A stretch of 64,000 nucleotides of DNA from the human T2T-CHM13v2.0 reference genome, Homo sapiens. The stretch's first letter is position 1; the number at the start of each line of letters is the position of its first letter. The notes beneath the pieces were generated by a model. The model was not told the DNA's origin. It ran no database searches and saw only the letters and a list, made by a program, of their open reading frames with translations. The translations under genes were made by a program, and so were the position numbers. This document shows positions 45,611 to 61,600 of this stretch, in pieces. Location of the stretch: NCBI RefSeq assembly GCF_009914755.1, contig NC_060926.1, one strand, 5' to 3'.

Positions 45611-45950
45611 GGACTGCTATTTGGCCTGTTTTTAAATTTCTCCTATACATTATGGAGAGATCTATGTTAAAATTTCCCCCTTGAATAACGGTTTGTCAGT
45701 ACCTTCTTGCAAACTTATCAATTTTTACTGTATATATTAAGCCATAGGTGAGAATTTCTATAACTTCCATCAGAATTTTTCTCTATAAAATTGATAAATA
45801 GTGTTAATTCACTACACAAATATTTATTGATTATTTAGTATGCATGAGGCTTTGTTTTGGGTGCTTGGGTTATATCACCTAACAAAACAAAGTCTCTGCT
45901 GTTATACTTGCATTTTTATTGGTGGAAAAAGATGAATGAATACTTGTATG

Positions 45951-46014
45951 CATCAGGTAATAACAGCAATGAAGAAAATGCACATCAGGTAATAACAGCA
46001 ATGAAGAAAATGCA
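45951..46014. repeat. Perfect 32-bp tandem duplication within an L2
   Basis: catcaggtaataacagcaatgaagaaaatgca x2. Confidence 0.95.
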
Positions 46015-46919
46015 CAAAGTAAGGGGATTAAGAGGGATGATGAAGTTACAGGTAAAGAGGGAACGTTTGATCAGAGACCTAAGTGGAGTGAGTGAGTGAG
46101 ACTGCTTGTAGCTGAGGAAGAGCTTCCAGAGAAAGGAAATGACAAGGGCTAGGATGATGGAGTGAAAACATTCTTGGCATGGTTGAAGAAAAGCAAGGAG
46201 GCCTGCAAGAATGAAGAGAGAATGGAATAACAAAACTGAGTAAGAGAGCAAAAACAAACAAGAGTGAGGTACCAAACTGAACATCCTTGCTTTACTAGAA
46301 ATCTGAGATCCATGACTCGGGCCTGAGCTTGGGAGAAAGAGGAGCAGATGTTAATAGGATGGAATTAAAATGTTAAATTTGGTTGGATTGGATTTTTAAA
46401 ATTCATTTTTATTAAATATTGAATATATTTAAAAGGTTACTCTATATATGTAAATTACCAACACCCTCCCCCCTCCACCAATATAATTACACCTGTGTAC
46501 TCAATTTCCACTTAAGAAGAGTATCTGAATTTTAGAAGCCCCTTAGATGCTTTTCCTGATCTTTCTCCCATTAGCCCCCAAACTAGAGGTGGAAAGATTT
46601 TTTATACTTTGACTTTTCTTTAAAGTTTTACTGCATTTTATTGCATTGTTGTGAGGGTTATTCAGACGTTATCTGGATGTGTCTGTGAGAATGTTTTGTA
46701 GATGAGATTAATATTTAAATTGATAGACTTTGAATAGAGCAAATTGTCCTCCAAAATTTGGTGAGGCTTATTCATAAGCTGAAAGCCTTAATGGAACAAA
46801 TACTAGCAAGAAGGAATTCTGCTAAAAGACAGCCTTCAGATTTGAACTGTAACACTGGCATTCCGTGGGCCTTTAGCCTACTGGCGTATCCTGTAGATTT
46901 TATACTTGACAGCTTTCAG

Positions 46920-46939
46920 CTTTCTTTTTCTTTTTATTT

Positions 46940-46970
<31 letters not shown>

Positions 46971-47251
46971 GAGACGGTGTTTTGCTCTTGTTGCTCAGGC
47001 TGGAGTGCAATGGCACAATCTTGGCTCACTGAAACCTCCACCTCCCGGGTTGAAGTGATACTCCTGCCTCAGCCTCCCGAGTAGCTGGGATTACAGGCAC
47101 GTGCCACCATGCCCAGCAAATTTTATATTTTTAGTAGAGACGGGGTTGCTCCGTGTTGGTCAGGCTGGTCTTGAATTCCCGACCTCAGGTGATCTGCCAT
47201 CCTTGGCCTCCCAAAGTGCTGGGATTACAGGCATGAGCCACCGTGCTGGCC
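46920..47251 (-). mobile_element. Alu (AluSp/Sq-like)
   Basis: TSD tatacttg(a/t)cagctttca. Confidence 0.95.
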
Positions 47252-47304
47252 TATACTTGTCAGCTTTCATAACTGCATGAACTAATTCCTTACAATAACT
47301 CTCT

Positions 47305-47570
47305 CTATATATAACTAGATATAGATATAGATCTATATATAACTAGATATAGATATAGATCTATATCTATTTAGATCTATATAGATATTTATACTATTGA
47401 CAATAGTACATATATAATATACAGTATATACACTATTGACAATAGTGTATATAGAGATATATCTCTATATTGATACATATGTAGAGATATATCTCTATAT
47501 TGATATATATGTACACACACAGGAGATATATACGTATGTATCAAAACATGTAATATACGTATACACACGT
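47305..47570. repeat. AT-rich palindromic and tandem repeat cluster
   Basis: 28-bp unit x2, 30-bp unit x2, several perfect palindromes. Confidence 0.92.
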
Positions 47571-47890
47571 CTTTTTTATTGTTTCTCTAGAGAACCCTGA
47601 CTTACACAATTGCTAAACAAAATTTATATTCAACAGATTTTTTTCTGAGTGTGTACCAGTGAGGTGTTTACATTCTACATCAGAAACCACTGCATTAGAG
47701 AATGCACAGTCAGCAACAAATTTTAAGTAAGGAAATGCTTTGATTCTACTGTATTAATAAATGTTGTAAGTTATAAAACTTATACAATGATCACATTAAA
47801 GTAGCATTAAATAAAACATACAAATAAACATTCAAATTTGTTAGTGTATCATCCTTGCAGACTCATCCAAATATGCATACCTTACTTTAG

Positions 47891-48211
<321 letters not shown>

Positions 48212-48239
48212 CAGAAATGATTTTTTAGCAAAGAAATGT

Positions 48240-49302
48240 TGTTGCGGGAAGTCAGGGACCCCCAACAGAGGGACCAGCTGAAGCCATGGCAGAACATAAA
48301 TTGTGAAGATTTCATGGACATTTATTAGTTCCCCAAATCGATACTTTTATAATTTCTTATGCCTGTCTTTACTGCAATCTCTGAACATAAATCGTGAAGA
48401 TTTCATGGACACTTATCACTTCCCAAATCAATACCTTGTGATTTCCTATGCCTGTCTTTACTTTAATCTCTTAATCCGTCATCTTCGTAAGCTGAGGATG
48501 AATGTCGCCTTAGGACCCTGTGATGATTGTGTTAACTGGACAAATTGTTTAAACAATATGAAATCTGGGCACCTTGAAAAAAGAATAGGATAACAGCAAT
48601 GTTCAGGGAACAAGGGAGATAACCTTAAAGTCTGGCTGCCTGTGGGCCGGGTGGAGCAGAGCCATATTTCTCTTCTTTCAAAAGCAAATAGGGGAAATAT
48701 CGCTGAATTCTTTTTCTCAGCAAGGAACATCCCTGAGAAAGAGAATGCATCCCTAAGGGGAAACCTCTGAAATGGCCGCTTTGGGGACATCTGTCTTTTA
48801 CGGCTGTAGATAAGGGATGAAATAAGCCCCGGTGTCCCGTAGTGCTCCCAGGCTTATTAGGACGAGGAAATTCCCGCCTAATAAATTTTGGTCAGATCAG
48901 TTGTCTGCTCTCAAACTCTGTCTCCTGATAAGATGTTATCAATGACAATGCATGGCTGAAACTTGATTGGCAATTTTAATTTCACCCCGGTCCTGTGGTC
49001 CTGTGATCTTGCTCTGCCTCCATTTGCCTTGTGATATTTTATTACCTTGTGAAGCACGTGATCTCTGTGACCCACACCCTATTCATACACTCCCTCCCCT
49101 TTTGAAAATCACTAATAAAAACTTGCTGGTTTTACGGCTCGGGGCATCATGGAACCTGCTGACATGTGCTGTCTCCCCTGGACACCCAGCTTTAAAATTT
49201 CTCTCTTTTGTACTCTTTCCCTTTATTTCTCAGACCAGCTGACACTTAGGGAAAATAGAAAAGAACCTACGTGAAATATTGGGGGCTGAATTTCCCCTGA
49301 TA
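48240..49302 (+). mobile_element. MER11 solo LTR (HERV-K11/HML-8)
   Basis: tgttgcgggaagtcagggaccc...; internal repeat gaacataaat(t/c)gtgaagatttcatggaca x2; aataaa; 6-bp TSD aaatgt/gaatgt. Confidence 0.93.
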
Positions 49303-49729
49303 GAATGTCATGATGAAATCAGTGCTTCAGTAAGATCATTCTGGGTGTGGCGAGAAGAGGTTGGATTACAGCAGCATTTCTCACCCTTAACTGCCCATTA
49401 AGATTAGGATTGCATTGAAAGCTTTAATAAAATGTTGATCCTGGAAAGATTTAATTTAATACTTAAAAAAAAAAATTCCAGGAGATCCTGTTGTCAAGAC
49501 AGTGTTCAGAACCACTTAGCCAAAGCAGTTTAAATGGGGGCAAATATTTACATTTAAGAGATAATTGCAAAATAGAATTGCATGACCTGATGGCCACAGC
49601 TGGACATGGGATAGTGAAAAATAAAAGACAACTCTGAGAATTATAACTTAGATGGCTGAACAAATGTATGATAGGCCAACAGTTGTGTCACTATGTATCA
49701 GGCTAAGTGGCAGCTATCTGGCAAATATC

Positions 49730-50155
49730 TGTTAATTTAATCTTACCTGTTCACCAAACTCATTTTCCTTTCCTCCTGTGCACAGAGGTAGGCTATATTT
49801 TCCAGCATGTTTTGCAATTAGGCCATGTGACCAATTTTTTTTTCCCCCGGAAGAAATGTTGGCTGAAGTAATATAAACTATTACCAGGTCTAGCCCATAA
49901 AAACAAGAGCTTTTAGGAAATCCTCTTTCTTTTAATTTTTTGTCTGACATTTGAGACTGATGCCTAGGATGTGTTATAGACAGCATATTTTTCTTCTTTC
50001 CTGAGTCCCTGAATAAATGGATAAAGAAGGGCAGAGCATTACAACATTTTTTCCCTCCTGCCATTGAAATTAAAGGGAGTGAGAGATAAATTCTTGTTTT
50101 GTGAAGTCACTGAGATTTTTGGGTTTATCTGTTATAGCAGCTAGTATTGCCTTAA
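49730..50155 (+). mobile_element. MLT1J-like MaLR LTR
   Basis: aggccatgtgacc...gagagataaattcttg...ctgagattttt...ctgttatagcagc. Confidence 0.65.
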
Positions 50156-50229
50156 TAATTCTACAAAATAAGTACAGTTATTAGCCTTCTTTTGAAGATT
50201 AATATAGCAGAGAAAATAGTTTTAGGTGG

Positions 50230-50780
50230 AAAGATATTAAGCTGCCTGTATTACTTTTAGGTAGAGGGACTTATAAATATAGGTCTGAAGCTCAGGATGA
50301 GGCCAGTGTGATAATCACCTTGTGAGTCATCAGTGTACAGGTGATTGTTGAAGTCATGGAAGTGAAAGTGATCCCTTGAGGAGACAAAGCAGGGAATAAA
50401 GGAAGTGGACTCATTATAGAATTTTAGTACAAGCAGTATTTCAAAAGAGGATACCATGTTGGAGACCAAGAAAAAAAGTCAGTGAGGTTAAAAAAAAAAA
50501 AAACCCAGGATGGAGGATTGTCAAGAAAAGCAAGAGAAGAGATACTTATAAAATGGAAGGCCTATCAGTAGTGCCAAAAGCGACAGAGTTATGTGAACTA
50601 AAGACCAAAGAAAAGGCCACTTATCCAATTAGGTGGTGAATGCTGACCTTTCAGAAAGCCCTTGCAGAAAGTTGGTAAGATTGCAAGCCAGGCTGAAGTG
50701 GTTTGACATGTGACTGAGACTGAAATGTGTGGGCAGTGCATGCAGAGCACCTTTTCAAAAGAATTGGCAGCAAGAAAAAA
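50230..50780 (-). mobile_element. L2 fragment
   Basis: ggtctgaagctcagg...gagtcatcagtgtacaggtg... Confidence 0.55.
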
Positions 50781-51833
50781 AGGTGTTCTATAAAATAAGC
50801 ACTGCGATCCCTCTATCAGCTGAACACTAGAATAAGTGAGATTTGGGACATTAGGGAATGTGTCAGACCATTTCCTATCCCTTGAAAAATGTCTGTGTTT
50901 ATGGGAAAATAAACGAATAGTAATTATGATTTACTTCATAATATTTCCAAGTTAATAGTTGATGTAAATGGGACTATGTTTGAAAAAGTTAGCACCTTGT
51001 AAGGCAGGATGGTGATTTAAAAGTTATTTTGTAAAGTTGGAGAGTTAGGCTGAAACAAAGTGACATTGTAAGCATCGAGTTTAGAAATTAAAAAAATAAG
51101 GACCATATTGTGTGATCAGAAAATGGAGAATAAGTATGTTCCAGGAAAACAGGAAAGAAATGATCCTGGAGATGGATTAGGCATCACGATGAGTTGCTAA
51201 TGTAGTACTAATATTGTACAAATGTTATTAATAGTTAATGGACAGGGAGGGAAATCCATGTTCCTTTTTGTATTTAACTCTTCTCAGGCAGGAACACTGT
51301 ATTCATATTGAAGTGTCACAAAGTAAGGATACTGCAGAGACACTGAAGAGGCTCATGAGGAATAATATACTTAGAGAATTGTTCATATATGGTATGGAAA
51401 GGGAATGGAGATATTTAACATAAGATCAAGTTATGATGAGTAATTTCAACTTTTCAGTAAAGTTTTGCAATTAGATGTGGCTTAAAAAAAGAAAACACAG
51501 GAGCACAATATTGGAAGTGGAATAGGATACAGGAAGATATTAGAGGGGCCAGTGTGATAACATGGTATCTGTATGCCAGATGGGACCAACGTGGGATCCA
51601 CTAACAGGAAAGCCATCATGAGACTGGGAGAGAGAAGCACAAATATCAAGGGGCACACGTAGCATGCTGAGTTATCACAAGACTAACTCGGAGGAGAACA
51701 AGGCACAGGCGAAAGCTAGGCAATTATTCTAGGTCCAGAAGGATGGAGTGTTGAGAGGTTAAGTAGACTGGACTCCATTGTACAGGGGGAGGTGGGTTAG
51801 TCACAGACTAAACAGTAAATGCAGTATCTGAGC

Positions 51834-52050
51834 CAGAGGAGAATTTGCCTTGAGCTGAAGGAAGCTGAACCTTCAGAGCATCTTCTCAAGCTCTGGGGTA
51901 GGGTGGGGGTGGGGTCCTAGCAATGTGTTCTTGTGATTGTATATTTCTGTAAAGTTTGCAAAAGTAAGATTGTCCTGAAATTTTTTTGGCAAAATCCCCA
52001 TTTCTTCCAAAATTATGTGTTGAGCCTCACTAAATCTGTGTTCGTCTTAG
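51834..52050. mobile_element. hAT-Tip100 (Arthur1/MER69-like) fragment containing a G4 motif
   Basis: cagaggagaatttgcc...ctagcaatgtgttc...gtaaagtttgcaaaagtaagat; ggggtagggtgggggtgggg at about 51895. Confidence 0.55.
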
Positions 52051-52620
52051 CATCAGTTCTGGGGCACAAATATCAAGAAAAAGAGTTGTCCCTTTGCTTC
52101 AGACTTGGGGCTTCCATGTTTCCTTCACTGACAAAATAATTGGAGATAAACTTAGCCAGATAATAATTGAAAGCAGCTGAAGGGAGCAGCTAAGAAGGTC
52201 AGTTTCTAGGAGCAGGCTGGAATTATGTGGTTAAGGAGAGATCAGGCCATGGCCATCTTTAAGTAGATGTGTCTGTCTTTCAGATTTAGTTTTTGTGAAA
52301 TTATGTATTGTTATTCTCTTTTTTTACTGAGTTATTTCTCTGTTTCTCTTAAAATATTTATATTTTCTGAATATGCTATTTGGTCCAACGGATATGAACT
52401 CAGTTTTGTACCTCCCTTCCTAGATTAGGAGCTCCTTCAGGGAAGGATTATTTCTTATTAGAATCTGGCTACCTTACTGAAGCCTAGTTGGTGCACAATA
52501 CATGAAATTCCTAGGCTTTCTAATTGTTCTTCACTGAATTGGGAATGGTGTAGGTAAGAAAATGTTTCCTGGAAAACTGAGGCACATGCGTGCAAAAATG
52601 TAAAATTTTAAATAATCTGA

Positions 52621-52992
<372 letters not shown>

Positions 52993-53179
52993 ATCGCTTA
53001 TATTTTAAACTCAGTTCTAAGCTTATTGAAATAATTCTGAATGTATTCTATTCTTACAGGATAATTGATCAAGAATAAAAAGAGACATCACCTAAATCAA
53101 TCTTCTTAAATTCCCATGATGTGGGAAAAATTGTTTGAAAATAAATATTTGATTTTAATATGTTGTTTGTAGGTCTCGT

Positions 53180-55010
<1,831 letters not shown>

Positions 55011-58000
55011 GGAGAGAACTAAGATGGCAGAAGGTAAACACAATAGAATATAATGCTGGGAAACCTTTTGGATGACTGTCCGTTGAAATCTCTTGTGTAA
55101 TCAATGGTTCAGAAGTTTATGCTGTTTAGGTAGGACTTGAATAATTTTGGTACTTAGAAATGTATAGTCATGGCTTGTATGATACATTGTTGGTAATAGC
55201 TATTATTTGTTTATGGAAATGTCTTTCCATTACAATATTTCTTTACCATGAAAATATATGATCTACTTAACAGTGAAGCCATTGACTTTATGAGACCATT
55301 TCAAGTAAACAGAGGGTGGTGAAAACCAGGGGCTATTCCTTCCTGTTTTCTTGCACTGTAATAAAATTTTGTGTACTGGAACTGGCTGGGTTTATACCCC
55401 ATGGAAATGGACAGTGCTGGAGCATGCACATATATAAGATAAATAAATATAAAATACCATAAAATACAGGGGGATGTCTGGCGAAGAATGCTCTATTATA
55501 GTTTTGTGCTTTGAGATGGTAGCTAAGATGTGGTAGAAGGGGAAATATTTTGAGAACTGCTTTATGGAAGTGCCTGTTTGTTGCAGAAATTCACCTTTTC
55601 TACTAGTTGCAAGATCCTAGGAAAAGTGGTCAATCACTTTTGGTCTGCTTTGTTATTTGCAAAATTGGTATTAAATGCAAAATGGTATTGCAAAAATAGT
55701 ATTAAAAATAGTAAATAATAGTACCTTCTTCATAAGGTAGTTGTGAGAATTAAGAGGTGATGGTTTTAATGTAGGAAGCACTGTTCAATGGTAATGATTA
55801 TTATGAGGGCTTTGAAATCTCTTTATCATCTAAAGCACTGCTTCTCAAATGAGTACAACTGGGATTAGGTGGAGGTGGCTGGAGAGGTTACTGGAAGTCA
55901 CAAGAGAAATGGATATCTCCCAGAAGTGTTGATTTTGTTGATATTTGCTACATTTTTATAGTTTTACATGGAATATTTTTAAAACGCTTTTTTAATTTTT
56001 TAGAGAAAGAGAAGGCTTCAGAGCAATATGCTGTTCTTGGAAGAGAGGGGGTGAAGGTTCAGACTACAGTTCTGGAGGCTGGGGATATGTATCCATTCAT
56101 TCCTCAGTGACAATGGCTAAGAATTACTGGTCAGAAGGCTGAGCTATTGTTGAAAGACATAGAAGTAAAGACACTTCCCCTTCTACCACTGATTTGGGCA
56201 GATTAAATGTCAAGAGGATTATATGGATTTGCTTGTGCAAATCCTAAAGTGATTTTCTGGATCTGGGAAAAATCTTGACATGTTTTAACTTAGCACTTTA
56301 ACTGAGAAATGTTCCCAGCATCTTGCTGTTTTAAGTAATTGAAAACACTGCCAACTCAGATTGCTTCCGAAAAAGGCAAACCAAGATGTTTTCAGAGACA
56401 CTGCATAATATGCCTTGCATTTATTTTGGTAAATATCTTGATTTCCTTATTTACTGTGTCTAAAAGAATTTGGCAAATTATCAATTCTGGAATACATAAT
56501 TCTTGGAGAACACACTGTTTTTTTTTTTTTCCAATTCGATAGATTTGCTAAATATATACTTCCTTATTAACATTTGGGTGTTATTTTTTTTAAGTCTACA
56601 TTTAATTAAAACATAGGCACAAGGACAAAATAGATACATACAAACAGCAGATTTTACGTCAGCTTTTTCACATGTGTAGCTTTTGTATTTGGAGTTTTGA
56701 GTTTAACTTTTTAATTATTTTGAGAGGAAATTTGGGGCTATAAGTGAAGAGGCTGGAAGAGGAGTTTGATTCTTGTTTTCTTAGGGAAAACATTCCTTTT
56801 TCTTATTTGGAAGGATGTCTTCCTTTATCTTCTAGGCTAATACAAAGCCCACTGTGGATATTGTTTCTCCTGTGAAGTCTATCAGATCGTCTTACCCATG
56901 AGAATTGATTATGTCTTCATCTGTGTAACTTTCTGTACTCACTAAAATATGGAGCAATTATTTTCTTGCATATCTGTATTTCCCATAATTTGAGCATCAT
57001 TGCTTATATTACAGGGACAGGTATTTAGTAAGTGCTTAATACCTGTCAATTAATTGGAGTTGACTCTAGTGGCAGGTGGAATTAAAAGTAGAGAGGAGGT
57101 TCACAGAGACCTTAAGGAGGTATCAAAAGAGCCACTCATTAACAGAGTGTCTCACGGAAGTACTCCTGAAGCAAAAACAGGCCTTCAGATGGTAGAAGAG
57201 TACAGACTTATACCAGAATATATTGGGTGTTTCTCAACAACTCAGTAAAGAAAGGATTGGTGTCTGGGAGTATAGGCAGGGCAACTTGGGAATGAATTCA
57301 GTCAACTTTCATTAACTTTCAAATTATGAATCTATGCTATGGAAAGTAATTACATATTTATTACTCAAGAAATTTGTTAATCAGGTAATTTATTAATCAA
57401 GTAACCTATAAGCCCTACAACCTTTGAAAATAATATGACAAGTAATTACATATTTATTAATCAAGTAATTTGCACCCAGCTTTGTGGTAGTTGCTCAGAG
57501 TAGATTGGGGATGCAGAAGCGTTGGAAAGCCTGTCCTCTGACATGAAGCAGCTTACATTCAGTGGGAAGCAAGCAAAGCTAGAGTTCATGGAATAAGAGG
57601 AGACGACAGAAACTCGTATAACAATGCAGAAGGGGAGGTATCCTGTTGGTAGGAATTGATCAGTTCTCAAAGCTGAGGATATCAGGTGATAAAGTGTGCT
57701 CAGGTTCTAAACGAGAACTGCTAAACAAATTTCCATAGATTTAAAAAGGTGCAGCCAAAGTGGACAATCAACTTTCTACTCCTGTCTCTCACTTGGGTCC
57801 ACAAGAGCAAGCTGACAGGAGATGCTTTGCAGAAATACCACAGTATTGGGAAGCTTTGTGACCCTTCACCAGATGTATAGAATCAACTCGGGGGAGATAA
57901 TTTAAAAAAAAAAAAGTCAGTGAGGTGCGGGAGAACACTTGGAAAGATTAAGGGGTATTTTCTAGAAGTGGAATGTGGCATACAAACATTGCCAGATGTT

Positions 58001-58613
58001 TGCTGAATTGCTGAAGTGCAATAAGGATTTTTTTTTTTTTTTGCAATAAAACTGACTGGGTTTATATCCTCCTGAAGTGGACAGTTTGGGGAAGGGACAC
58101 ATGGAAGAGAAATGACAAATGGAAGAGGCCCTGAAATGCAGGGAAATGTCTGAAGAAGGGAAAGTGATACATTTTTTTGTGGGAGAACTGGAGATTGACC
58201 CCTTTAGTTTGCAGGGAGATCAGCTGGTGCTGGACTCTGGCCTGAGGACATCTGAAGTCAGGAAATGGCTGGAGCTTCCTCTTTCTGCAGGCAAGAAGGA
58301 AGGGATGATTCCTGAGCCCATAAGCTATATTCAGAAAATACCCTGGACAAGAGTGGGTAAGTTTCCATAGGAGGAGTAGATGCTAAGGATAGTAGTTATG
58401 TTAGGTCCTGCCCAAAAGGCTGTCTGAAAAAGGGAGACCCAAGCAGAAAGAGAGTATGTAGGGAATACTACTGAAGGTTGCAGCTGAGTGGCTGCCAAGA
58501 AATGTTAGGCAGAGAGTACATAAGACATGTCAAGGTTCTTAGCAGAATTAGCTTCACAGAAGGCACAAAACTGTGCCCCTGAAGAAAGAATGAGCATTAC
58601 ACACCTGTATCAC

Positions 58614-61600
58614 TGTGTTAGACCATTCTTGCATTGTTGTAAATAAATGCTTGAGGCTGGGTAATTTATAAAGAAAAGAGATTTAATCGGCTCATGGTTC
58701 TGCAGGCTTTACAGGAAGTGTGGTGCCAGCATATGCTTCTCATGAGGCCTCAGGAAGCTTGTAATCGTGGTGTAAGGTGATGGGGAGCCAGCATGTCAAT
58801 TGATGACAGTGGGAGAAAGAGTGGGAGGTGTCACAACTTTCTAAACAACCAGATCTCATGAGGCTCAACTATCATGAGAACAGCATCAATACATTCATGA
58901 GGAATCCACTCCCATGACCCAAACACCTCCTATCAGGCCCCACCTCCATCAATGGGGATTACATTTCAATATGAGATTTTGTGGGGACAGACAATCAAAC
59001 TATATCATGCTGCCTCTGGCACCTCAAATTGAATGCCCTTCTCACCTTGCAAAATATAATTATCCTCTGCCAATAGTCCCCAAAATTCTTAACTCATTGT
59101 AGCCTCAAGTCCAAAGTCATAAGTCTCATCTGAGACTCATCTCCTTCCACCTATGAGCCTGTAAAATCAGGACAAGTTATTTATTCCCAAGATAAAATGG
59201 TAGTACAGGCATTGGGTAAACATTACTATTCGGAAAGGGAGAAATTGGCCAAAAGAAAAGGTCATTAGTCCCCACACAAGTCTGAAACTCAGCATGGCAG
59301 TCATTAAATCTTAAACCTCCAAAATAATCTCCTTCAACTCCATGTCCCACATCTAGGGGACACTGGTGCAAAGTGTGGGCTCCTAAGGCCTTGAGCAGCT
59401 CTGCCTCTGTGGCTTTGCTTGGTATTCTGATGGTCTAGAGTTGAGTGTCTGTTTTCCAGGTATAGGGTTCAAGCTGCTGATGAATCTACCATTCTGGGGT
59501 CTGGAGGGTGGCACTCACCTTCTTCAGCTCCATTAGGCAGTTCCCCAGTGGTGACTGTGTGGCAGCCCCAACACCATACTTCCTCTTGTCATTGCCCTAG
59601 TATAGATTATCTGTGAGGGCTCTATCTTTGCAGCAGGCTTCTACTTGGGCACCCAGGCTTTCTCATACAGCCTCTGAAATCTAGATGGAAGCCACCAAAC
59701 CTCCTTCACCCTCGCATTCTATGTGTTTTACACCATGTGGAAGCCACCAAGGCTTATGGCTTGTGCCTTCTGGAGGGTTGACCTGAGCTGTACCTGGGGC
59801 TCTTTAAGCCACAGCTGTAGCTAGAGCAGCCAGGTTGTGGGGAGCAATGTCCCAAGGCTGAGCAGGACAGGGGTTTCCTAGGCCTGTTCCCCAAAACCAT
59901 TCTTTCCTTCTAGCCTTCTGGGCCTGTGATGGGAGGGGCTGTCTCTAAGATCTCTGAAATGCTTTTGAGGGCTTTTTCCCATTGTTTTGGACATTAGCAC
60001 TTTGCTCCCTTTTTAGTAATGCTAATCTCTCTAGCAATTGGTAATTCTGCAGCCTGCTTGGATTCTGTCTGTGCCACATGGCCAGGCTGCAAATTTTCCA
60101 AATTTTTATGCTCTGCTTTGCCGTTAATTATAAGTTTCAAATTTCAGTCATTTCTTTGCTTCTCTGATTATATGCTGTTAGAAGTAGCCAAGCCACATCA
60201 TGAACGCTTTGCTGCTTAGGAATTTCTTCCATCAGATACCATAAGTGATTACCTTTAAGTTCAAACTTCTCTGATCCCTAGGGTGTGAACACAATGCAGC
60301 CAAGTTCTTTGCTAGAGCATAACATGAGTGACCCTTATTCCAGTTCTCAATGACGTCTTCATTTCTACCTGAGACCTGGTCAACCAGGCTTTTACTATCT
60401 GTATTTCTATCAGTATTTTGGTCACAATCATTTAACCAGTCTCTAAGAAGTTCCAAACTTTCCCTCATCTTCCTGTCTTCTTCTGAGCCCTCCAAACTCT
60501 TCCAACCTTTTACTCTTACCCATTTCCAAGGTCACTTCCACATTTTCAGGTATCTTTAGAGGAACACCCCACTCCTCAGTACCAATTTTCTGTATTAGAC
60601 CATTCTTGTATTGCTATGAAGAAATACCTAAGGCTGAATAATTTATAAAAGATGTTTAATTGGCATGGGCAAAGACTTCATGACTAAAACAACAAAAGCA
60701 ATGGCAACAGAAGCCAAAATAGACAAAAAGGGTCTAATTAAACGAAAGAGCTTCTGCACAGCAAAAAAAAACTATCATCAGAGTGAACAGGCAACCTACA
60801 GAATGGGAGAAAATCTTTGTAATCTACCCATCTGACAAAGGGCTAATATCCAGAATCTACAAAGAACTTAAATTTACAAGAAAACATGAAACAGTGTGCA
60901 AAGGATATGAACAGACACATCTCAAAAGAAGACATTTATGCAGTCAACAGATGTATGGAAAAAATGCTGATCATCAGTGGTCATTAGAGAAATGCAAATC
61001 AAAACTACAATGAGATACCATCTCACGCCAGTTAGAATGATGATCATTAAAAAGTCAGGAAACAACAGATCTTGGAGAGGATGTGCACAAATAGGAACGC
61101 TTTTACACTGTTGGTGGGGGTGTAAATTACTTCAAGCAAGGTGGAAGACAGTGTGGCAATTCCTCAGATCTAGAACTAGAAATACCATTTGACCCAGCAA
61201 TCCTATTACTGGGTATATACCCAAAGGATTATAAATCATGCTGCTATAAAGACACATGCACACGTTTATTGTGGCACTATTCACAATAGCAAAGACTTGG
61301 GACCAACCCAAATGTCCATCAGTGATAGACTGGATTAAGAAAATGTGGCACATATACACCATGGAATACTATGCAGCCATAAAAAAGGATGAGTTCGTGT
61401 CCTTTACAGGGACATGGATGAAACTAGAAACCATCATTCTAAGCAAACTGTCACAAGGACAGAAAACCAAACACCACATGTTCTCATTCATACGTAGGAG
61501 TTGAACGATGAGAACATGTGGACACAAGGTGGGGAACATCACACACCAAGGCCTGTTGGGGGCTGGGGGATGGATAGCATTAGGAGAAATACCTAATGTA

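Larger units (their letters stand above)
46645..47608 (+). mobile_element. MLT2 (ERVL LTR) interrupted by an Alu and an AT-rich repeat
   Basis: ctggatgtgtctgtgagaatgtttt...gatgagattaa...; ends ctctagagaaccctgacttacaca. Confidence 0.8.

Noticed and set aside
47305-47570. CRISPR-like array or a known disease VNTR / AT-rich miRNA
   Set aside because: No repeat-spacer regularity and the context is eukaryotic; I cannot match it to a named locus from sequence alone
57345-57472. Degenerate aagtaattacatatttatta repeats
   Set aside because: Low-complexity AT-rich local duplication with no further structure
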